Below, one piece after another: positions 57,759 through 64,000 of a DNA stretch of 64,000 nucleotides. The stretch covers positions 512,001 through 576,000 of the forward strand of contig CBDCRW010000007.1 of assembly GCA_965221125.1 (NCBI GenBank). The letters are read 5' to 3'. Position 1 is the stretch's first letter. Each line of letters starts with the position of its first letter. The stretch is from Alphaproteobacteria bacterium (lineage in GTDB: Bacteria > Pseudomonadota > Alphaproteobacteria > UBA828). The position numbers and the translations under genes were made by a program. The notes under the pieces were generated by a model. It was not told the origin of the DNA. It ran no database searches and worked only from the letters and a program-made list of their open reading frames with translations.

Positions 57759-58760
57759 CTACATCCAGCCCTGTTCCGAATAGTACTTCGCGGCACCCGG
57801 ATGGAGCGGCGCGCTCAGACCGTTCTTGATCATGTTCGCGGGATCAAGGTTGGCGAAGGCGGGATGCAGGGACCTGAAGTCGTCCAGGTTCTCCATCACC
57901 GCACGCGTGACCTCGTAGACCACGTCCTCGGGCACGCTCTCGTGGCTGACGAAGGTCGCCATCACGCCGAACGTCGTCACGTCGCTGGCCGTGGTCTTGT
58001 AGGTGCCGGCCGGGATGGTGGTGAAGGCGTAGTAGGGATTCTCCGCCACCAGTTTCTGCTCGACCTCGCCGTTGAGGTTGACGATGTAGGCGCCGCAGCC
58101 GTCGGTCGCCACCGAGACGCCGGCGTTGGGCACGCCGACCGTGTAGCCGTAGGCGTCGATCTTGCCGTCGCAGAGCGCCTGCGACTGCTCGGTGGACGTC
58201 AGCTCCGTCGCCGCCGAGAAGTCGTCGGTGGACATGCCGTAGCCTTCCATCAGCACCTCGGTCGTGCCGCGCTGGCCCGAGCCGGGGTTGCCGATGTTCA
58301 TGCGCATGCCCTTGGTCTCGGTGAAGGAGCCGATCTCCGTGCCCGCGCCGGCGATCAGGTGGAAGGGCTCGCCGTGCACGGAGAAGACCGCGCGCAGGCC
58401 GGGGCAGTTCGTGACCTTGTCGGAGCTGCCGTTGACCGCATGGAACTGCCAGTCGGACTGGGCGACGCCGAAGTCCAGCTCGCCCTGGCAGATCTGGCCG
58501 ATGTTGTAGGTCGAGCCGCCGGTGGACGGCGCAGCGCAGCGGATGCCGTGCTTGCGGCCCGACTTGCGGCCCTCGGCGGCCTCCTTGTGGACCATGCGGC
58601 AGACCGAGTTGCCGACCACGAAGTAGACGCCGGTCGGCCCGCCGGTGCCGATGGAGATAAACCTCTTGTCCTGCGCGCTCGCGTCGCCCGCTGTTCCGAG
58701 GGTCAGGCCCATCAGGGCCGCCGCGGCCAGCGCGCACGTTGCGAGTTTGAGTGTTTTCAT
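57759..58760 (-). CDS. TAXI-family TRAP solute-binding protein
   Basis: IGTGG.TGVY, STGGS..N, AQSD, G.PGSG, LHPGA.KYY.E.G. Confidence 0.95.
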   Translation of the reverse strand: MKTLKLATCALAAAALMGLTLGTAGDASAQDKRFISIGTGGPTGVYFVVGNSVCRMVHKEAAEGRKSGRKHGIRCAAPSTGGSTYNIGQICQGELDFGVAQSDWQFHAVNGSSDKVTNCPGLRAVFSVHGEPFHLIAGAGTEIGSFTETKGMRMNIGNPGSGQRGTTEVLMEGYGMSTDDFSAATELTSTEQSQALCDGKIDAYGYTVGVPNAGVSVATDGCGAYIVNLNGEVEQKLVAENPYYAFTTIPAGTYKTTASDVTTFGVMATFVSHESVPEDVVYEVTRAVMENLDDFRSLHPAFANLDPANMIKNGLSAPLHPGAAKYYSEQGWM

Positions 58761-58818
58761 GACCTCGCCTCCTCGTATTGCGATCTGCCAACAATACACG
58801 CGGGCCGGAAACATCCCA

Positions 58819-58851
58819 ACGGTTGTCGGCGTGACGGTTGTCGGCGTGACG
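58819..58851. repeat. 15-bp tandem duplication ACGGTTGTCGGCGTG x2
   Basis: Read directly in the aepY-TAXI intergenic region. Confidence 0.85.
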
Positions 58852-58874
58852 AAGCGCCGCCTGTCGCGCTCGGC

Positions 58875-60020
58875 TCACTCCGTGAGGAAGGAGCGAAAGC
58901 GCCGCGCAACGTCGCGGGGGGTGATGGTGGGCCGCCCCAGGCCTGCGCGGGAGCCGGGCGCGATCAGCGCGTGGATCAGCACCGGCTTCGGGCTCTCGGC
59001 GAAGGCGGCTTCCAGCGCGCGGGCGAAGCCGGCCTCGCTGTCGCAACGGAAGGCGCACGGGTAGCCGCAGGCCTGGGCGACGGCGGCAAAATCCACGTTG
59101 GGGGAGACGGTCGCCTGGCCGCCGGTCGAATCGTGCATGCCGTTATCGAGCACGACGTGGATCAGGTTGCCGGGCGCGTGCGCGCCGACCGTCGCCACGG
59201 TGCCGAGCTTCATCAATGCCGCGCCGTCGCCGTCCAGCACCAGAACCGGGCGCCGCGTGTTGAGCGCGATGCCGAGGCCCATGGCGGAGGCGCAGCCCAT
59301 GGAGCCCACCTGATAGAGCTGCTGGGGGCGGTCCTCGCAGGTGAAAAGCTCGCGGCCGGTCTTGCCGGTGGTCGCCACCACCGCGGCCTCGCCCGGCGCG
59401 AGCGCCTGGCCTACGCGCAGCAGGTCGATCCGCGCGGGCCGTTCGCCGCCCTGGCGCAGGTCTTCGATCCTGCCGCGCGGGCGGATCGGCCGGTCGGGCT
59501 GATCGAGGCCGTCGTCGCGCACGCTGCCCTTCTCCATGATGAGCGCGAAGGGCAGGTCGTCGGCCGCCATGGCCCGCTCGGCGCAGTCGAGCGTCGCCGC
59601 CACGGCGTCGGCTTGGCCGGGAAAGCCCGCGTGGCCGATGGCGATGGTGTCGAGAAGCGCTGCCGTCACCTGGCCCATCAGCTCGTGTTGGGGCTCGTCC
59701 CCGAGTCCCGGCTGGCCCCGCCAGGTGACGATCAGGAGCGTCGGGATGCGGAAGGGGTGGTTGAGGGAGGTCAGCGGGTTGACGGTGTTGCCGAGGCCGG
59801 AGTTCTGGCACATCACGACCGTGCGCCGCCCCGCGAGCCAGGCGCCCGCCGCGATCGCCACGGCTTCGCCCTCGCTCGCCGCGCCCACGTAGTCGAGCGC
59901 GGGGCTGGAGATCACCCGGTTGATCAGCGGCGTGAGGAAGGAGCAGGGGACGCCGGCGTAGAACGAGAAGCCCCGTTCCAGCGCCGGCTCCAGGAAGGCG
60001 TCGGCCGCGATCATTCGCAT
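58875..60020 (-). CDS. aepY: Phosphonopyruvate decarboxylase (fused, ThDP-dependent)
   Basis: GVPCS, EGEAV..AAG, QNSGLGN.VNPLTSL, WRG.PG..DEPQH..MG, TTGKT.REL, VGSMG, DGDGA.LM, H.STGGQ. Confidence 0.88.
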   Translation of the reverse strand: MRMIAADAFLEPALERGFSFYAGVPCSFLTPLINRVISSPALDYVGAASEGEAVAIAAGAWLAGRRTVVMCQNSGLGNTVNPLTSLNHPFRIPTLLIVTWRGQPGLGDEPQHELMGQVTAALLDTIAIGHAGFPGQADAVAATLDCAERAMAADDLPFALIMEKGSVRDDGLDQPDRPIRPRGRIEDLRQGGERPARIDLLRVGQALAPGEAAVVATTGKTGRELFTCEDRPQQLYQVGSMGCASAMGLGIALNTRRPVLVLDGDGAALMKLGTVATVGAHAPGNLIHVVLDNGMHDSTGGQATVSPNVDFAAVAQACGYPCAFRCDSEAGFARALEAAFAESPKPVLIHALIAPGSRAGLGRPTITPRDVARRFRSFLTE

Positions 60021-60150
60021 GTCTCCGGTGGTGGGAGATCGCGGGCATGATAGACCCGCACGCTGCCTGGAGGCACAGGCTGGTAACGAGAGCATCGTGC
60101 CCGGCCTGTCGTCAGTTGTCGTTTGACAGGCGACACATTAGAGTCCCTCA

Positions 60151-60429
60151 ATGATAGAGTCGTTCAGGCATCGGGGCTTGAAGGCGCTGTATCACGGCAG
60201 GACGGCCCGGTGGGTGGCTCCAGAGCACGTTCAGCGGCTAAGGGACATTCTGGCGGCTCTCGACAGCAGCCGAGAGCCGGAGGGCATGGACCTGCCGGGA
60301 TTTCGACTGCATGAGCTGACGGGGCGATTGAAGGGCCACTACGCGGTCTCGGTGTCGCGAAACTGGCGTGTGACCTTTCGCTTCGAGGACGAATCGGCGG
60401 TCGATGTCGATTACGTCGACTATCACTGA
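60151..60429 (+). CDS. higB: HigB/RelE-family toxin
   Basis: MI.SFRH.GL, LPG.RLH.L.G, SV..NWR.TF.F, VDY.DYH. Confidence 0.93.
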   Translation: MIESFRHRGLKALYHGRTARWVAPEHVQRLRDILAALDSSREPEGMDLPGFRLHELTGRLKGHYAVSVSRNWRVTFRFEDESAVDVDYVDYH

Positions 60430-60440
60430 GGAGGCCGGTC

Positions 60441-60728
60441 ATGGCGATGCACAATCCTCCACATCCGGGAGGGATCGTGAAACGGCAATGCCTGGAACCG
60501 CTGGGCCTCACCGTGACGCGCGCCGCGCAGGGCCTGGGGGTCACGCGTCAGGCGCTGTCCGAGCTTGTGAACGAACGGACCGGGGTCTCGGTCGACATGG
60601 CGATACGGCTCTCGAAAGCGTTCGGCTCGACGCCGGAATCCTGGCTCGGCATGCAGATGGCCTACGATCTTTGGCAGGCGCGCGACCGCGCGGGTCAGAT
60701 CTCGGTCGAGCGCTTTGTCGCGGCCTGA
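60441..60728 (+). CDS. higA: HigA-family HTH antitoxin
   Basis: M.NPPHPG, LGV.R..LS...N, MA.RL...FG.TPE.WL..Q..YDL. Toxin-first gene order. Confidence 0.95.
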   Translation: MAMHNPPHPGGIVKRQCLEPLGLTVTRAAQGLGVTRQALSELVNERTGVSVDMAIRLSKAFGSTPESWLGMQMAYDLWQARDRAGQISVERFVAA

Positions 60729-60830
60729 GGTCCGCTTCTCCGCTTCGCTCCGTGGCTCGTTCGACGGGGAAGCCGCCATTGACAGGGGCCCGGCTTCGAT
60801 AGACGGTCCGACGCAGGCTCCGGGCGGGGT

Positions 60831-61472
60831 GTGCCCGCGAACGCCGGCCGCCGCCACGACGCAGGAGTCGATCGGTTGCGCCGCTACCTGCTCCTCTACC
60901 GCTTCCTGATCGTCAACATCGTGGGCGCGGCCCTTCTCGGGCTCGCCGGCGCGCAGGGGTGGATCGCGCGCATCGCCGAGGCAGACCCCACGGGCCTCGT
61001 CTTCGTCATCTTCGGTGTCTTCGCGGTGGGCCTCGCGCTCTGCGGCTACCGCCTGTTCAAGACGAGCGCGGCCCTCAACAGGCTGGAGGAGGGCGGGGCG
61101 GCGGACCTCCCATCCGCCTGGACCCGGAGTACGCCCGTCCGCCCGGAATTCAGGGCCGAGGCGCTGAAGGCGCGGCTCTTCAGCCGCATCGCCGTGGTGC
61201 GTCAGATCGCGGCCGCGCTCGTCGTGCTGGGGCTGATCGGCACCGTGGCCGGCTTCATCATCGCGCTTTCCGGGGTCTCGGCGGAGGATGCCGGCACGCT
61301 CGCCGCCGTGCAGCCGATGATCTCCACCCTCATCAGCGGCATGTCGGTCGCCCTCTACACGACCCTGGAGGGCGCCATCCTGGGCCTCTGGCTCACCGTC
61401 AACTACCGTATGCTGGCGACCGGCACCGCCACGCTCTACAGCGAGCTCCTCGCGGCCGATGGACGAGTTTGA
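60831..61472 (+). CDS. MotA/TolQ/ExbB proton-channel family protein
   Basis: LGLIGTV.GF and GM..ALYTTL.G transmembrane motifs. Confidence 0.85.
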   Translation: MPANAGRRHDAGVDRLRRYLLLYRFLIVNIVGAALLGLAGAQGWIARIAEADPTGLVFVIFGVFAVGLALCGYRLFKTSAALNRLEEGGAADLPSAWTRSTPVRPEFRAEALKARLFSRIAVVRQIAAALVVLGLIGTVAGFIIALSGVSAEDAGTLAAVQPMISTLISGMSVALYTTLEGAILGLWLTVNYRMLATGTATLYSELLAADGRV

Positions 61473-62103
61473 CGACGACAGCGGCACGATCTTTCGCGAT
61501 GTCATTCTGCTGGCACTCGCGGCCTTCGTCGCGATGGTGCTCATGCTCCTGCCGTTCCTCAATCCGAGCGCGGAAGCCGAGATCGAGGCCGAGGGGATGG
61601 CCGACCCCGGCAACGTGATCATCGAGCTGCTGTGGGCGGCCGATCGCGACGCCGACATCGACCTCTGGGTCAAGGCGCCCGCCAGGCTGCCGGTCGGCTT
61701 CCCCAACAAGGGCAACGAGGTGGTCAACCTGCTGCGCGACGATCTCGGCTTGTTTCAAGACCTTACCGACATCAATTACGAGATTGTCTACAGCCGCGGC
61801 ATCGTCCCCGGCGAGTGGATCGTCAACGTCCAGGCCTACCGCCTGGAGGATCCGATTCAGCCGGTTCCGGTGCAGGTCCAGGTGGTCGTCAGCGTCAAGC
61901 GCGAGGGCGAGGACAGGCCGACGCCGATCCTGGAGAAGGAGGTCGAGCTGCGCTATCCGCGCCACGAGACGACCGTGTTCCGCTTCGCGCTCACCGGCAA
62001 GGGCGCGCTGGTGCACGGCAGCGTCAACGACGTGAGGCTCTCGCTGATACGGGAGTACGCCCAGAGCCAGCTCCGCTCCCGCGAGGTGCAGCCGGGTGGA
62101 TAG
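61459..62103 (+). CDS. Single-TM partner with a membrane-edge Asp and a periplasmic DIDLWV domain
   Basis: TIFRDVILLAL transmembrane segment, W....ADIDLWV..P, L.RDDLG, NYE, PGE..VNV..Y. Overlaps the upstream gene. Confidence 0.75.
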   Translation: MDEFDDDSGTIFRDVILLALAAFVAMVLMLLPFLNPSAEAEIEAEGMADPGNVIIELLWAADRDADIDLWVKAPARLPVGFPNKGNEVVNLLRDDLGLFQDLTDINYEIVYSRGIVPGEWIVNVQAYRLEDPIQPVPVQVQVVVSVKREGEDRPTPILEKEVELRYPRHETTVFRFALTGKGALVHGSVNDVRLSLIREYAQSQLRSREVQPGG

Positions 62104-62608
62104 TTTCGCCTATCTCTACATCGCGCTCGCGCTGGTCGGCGCGGCCCTGGCCAGCATTGCGGTCTGGTCCCGGCGGCGGGCGATCTGGAAGGCTGCGGCC
62201 GTGGGGCTGCTCGCGGCGCTCGTCGTCATCGGCTATTTCAGCTATTCCATGCTGCTCTCGCGGCCGAAGGCGCTGTCTCCCGACATGGACGGCGTGACGG
62301 GCGCGCGGGTGCTCTCTGCCGCACTGCGCGAGGACGAAGCCATTTACCTCTGGCTTTCCATCGAGGGAACGCCGCGCTTCTACGCGCTGCCGTGGGACCA
62401 GGCGGTCGCCCAGCGGCTTCAGTCGGTCATGCGCGAGACCCGGCGCTCGGGCCACGACGTGGAGATCCGCTCGAACGAGACGGGCGGCGATAACAGCGAA
62501 GCGGAGGAGGCGGACCCCGAGGTGCACACGTTCTACGCGGTGCCGCCGCCGATCCTGCTGCCGACGAAGCGGCTGCACGCCATCCGCGGGCCAGCGGGCG
62601 AGATGTAG
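62096..62608 (+). CDS. Hypothetical membrane protein
   Basis: Two N-terminal TM segments, LSRPK, AIYLW, PR.Y.LPW. Overlaps the upstream gene. Confidence 0.72.
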   Translation: MDSFAYLYIALALVGAALASIAVWSRRRAIWKAAAVGLLAALVVIGYFSYSMLLSRPKALSPDMDGVTGARVLSAALREDEAIYLWLSIEGTPRFYALPWDQAVAQRLQSVMRETRRSGHDVEIRSNETGGDNSEAEEADPEVHTFYAVPPPILLPTKRLHAIRGPAGEM

Positions 62609-62610
62609 CG

Positions 62611-63816
62611 GTGAGAAGCACGTGCTCCACGGAGGCGGTCCCGGCGGCGTCGGCCGCCCGCCGCGCGGCTGCGCCCTATGCCTCGCGCCCGGAGCGGAGC
62701 CGCGGCCGGCTCTACTCCGAGCCGGAAAGCCGCACCCGCACGCCCTTCCAGCGCGATCGCGACCGGATCATCCACTGTGCGGCGTTTCGGCGCCTGCAGC
62801 ACAAGACGCAGGTCTTCGTCCACCACGAGGGGGATCACTACCGCACCCGGCTGACGCACAGCCTGGAAGTGGCGCAGATTGCGCGCTCGATCAGCCGCGT
62901 GCTCGGTGTGGACGAGGACCTCGCCGAGGCGCTCGCGCTGGCCCACGATCTCGGGCACCCGCCGTTCGGCCATGCCGGGGAGGCCGCGCTCGATCAGGCG
63001 ATGGGGGCCTACGGCGGCTTCGATCACAACGCGCAGACCGTGCGCATTCTGACCGCCCTGGAGCACCGCTATAACGGCTTCGACGGCCTGAACCTCACCT
63101 GGGAGACCCTGGAAGGGGTGGCGAAGCACAATGGCCCGCGCCCGGCGGATGCCGTGCCGGGCGACATCGAGGCCTATTCCACCCGGCACGACCTCGAGCT
63201 CCACACCCATGCCGGCCTGGAGGCGCAGGTCGCCGCACTGGCGGACGACATCGCCTACAACAACCACGACGTCGATGACGGGTTGCGGGCGGGCCTCTTC
63301 GGCGTGGACGACCTGCGGGATGTCCCGTTCGTGGACGCGGTCCTCGACGATGCGAGCGCGGACAATCCGGGCGGCGACGAGGGCCGCCTCATTCACGAGA
63401 CCGTCCGCCGCATGATCGGCACCATGGTCGAGGACGTGATCGATACCAGCCGGCGGCGCCTGGAAGAGGCCGGTCCCGAGGACGTCGACGCCGTGCGCCG
63501 GCACGGGGCCCCGCTGATCGCCTTCTCGGCGACGATGCAGACCCATGGCGATGCGCTGAGGGCCTTTCTGCACGCGCGCATGTATCGCCATCACAAGGTC
63601 AATCGGATGGCGAGCAAGGCACGCCGGACCGTGCGCGAGCTCTTCGAGCTTTTCATCGACGAGCCGCAGTGCCTGCCCGAGGAATGGCGGGAGCGATGCG
63701 ACGGGCCCCGGACGATGACGACGGCCCGCGTCGTCGCCGACTACGTTGCCGGAATGACGGATCGCTTCGCCATACAGGAACATCGCAACCTCTTCGAAAC
63801 GGTGCTGTGGAGATGA
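62611..63816 (+). CDS. dgt: Deoxyguanosinetriphosphate triphosphohydrolase
   Basis: FQRDRDRI.H..AFRRL..KTQVF, RTRLTHSLEV, AHDLGHPPFGH.GE, ADDIAY..HD, DY.AGMTD. Confidence 0.96.
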   Translation: MRSTCSTEAVPAASAARRAAAPYASRPERSRGRLYSEPESRTRTPFQRDRDRIIHCAAFRRLQHKTQVFVHHEGDHYRTRLTHSLEVAQIARSISRVLGVDEDLAEALALAHDLGHPPFGHAGEAALDQAMGAYGGFDHNAQTVRILTALEHRYNGFDGLNLTWETLEGVAKHNGPRPADAVPGDIEAYSTRHDLELHTHAGLEAQVAALADDIAYNNHDVDDGLRAGLFGVDDLRDVPFVDAVLDDASADNPGGDEGRLIHETVRRMIGTMVEDVIDTSRRRLEEAGPEDVDAVRRHGAPLIAFSATMQTHGDALRAFLHARMYRHHKVNRMASKARRTVRELFELFIDEPQCLPEEWRERCDGPRTMTTARVVADYVAGMTDRFAIQEHRNLFETVLWR

Positions 63817-64000
63817 ACGTTTTCAGTTACTTGTCGGACAGTATTCGGGCAGAGCTTGAGGCGCTGTGCCAGGCCGGCGCGCTGCCCGCCGGCCTCGATC
63901 TCTCGTCCGTCTCGGTCGAGCCGCCGCGCGAGGCGGAGCACGGCGATGCGGCGTGCAACGCGGCGCTGGTTCTCGCCAGGCAGGCGCAGCGCAAGCCACG
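63813..64000 (+). CDS. argS: Arginine-tRNA ligase, N-terminus (runs off the window)
   Basis: MNVF...GALPAGLDL..V.VEPPRE..HGD.A.NAA.VLA...KP. ATGA overlap with dgt, in the usual dgt-argS order. Confidence 0.9.
   Translation, partial: MNVFSYLSDSIRAELEALCQAGALPAGLDLSSVSVEPPREAEHGDAACNAALVLARQAQRKP

Noticed and set aside
60831-62608. Zorya defence system
   Set aside because: There is no long ZorA tail, no OmpA-like ZorB domain and no helicase or nuclease partner.

Overview
High-GC bacterial chromosome segment, most likely alphaproteobacterial (dgt-argS order, alpha-type LexA and Fur-like boxes). A marine lifestyle is inferred from DddP-like and imelysin/LbtU genes. From left to right it holds: a proline-iminopeptidase/rhodanese region; an iron locus (bfr, bfd, DUF1513, two imelysins, a di-heme oxidoreductase, an LbtU-type porin) with Fur-like boxes; a truncated DUF2325-type gene, an HU paralogue and a decayed IS1595 transposase followed by a methyltransferase/endonuclease pair; SRAP, SDR, aromatic amino acid decarboxylase, ruvX and a DMT exporter; a Rieske dioxygenase pair; a sugar ABC transporter/GMC oxidoreductase operon; a large methylamine/betaine/DMSP-type catabolic block; two enolase-family genes; a TAXI-TRAP transporter, aepY, higBA, an ExbB-like trio, dgt and the start of argS. 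The most notable feature is a complete 3,144-bp IS1595-family element (49670-52813; 24-bp terminal inverted repeats, 8-bp target duplication) whose cargo is largely RNA. It carries an intact tRNA-Ser body with a non-serine anticodon loop (CU-AGG-CA), a pair of convergent promoters around a structured stretch, and a ~126-nt structured RNA. A second, diverged and covarying copy of that RNA lies 32 kb away (19994-20130). Both copies have their own sigma70-like promoter and precede a small exported protein. I could not assign this RNA to a family I know. All calls come from reading the sequence by eye, with no database searches.
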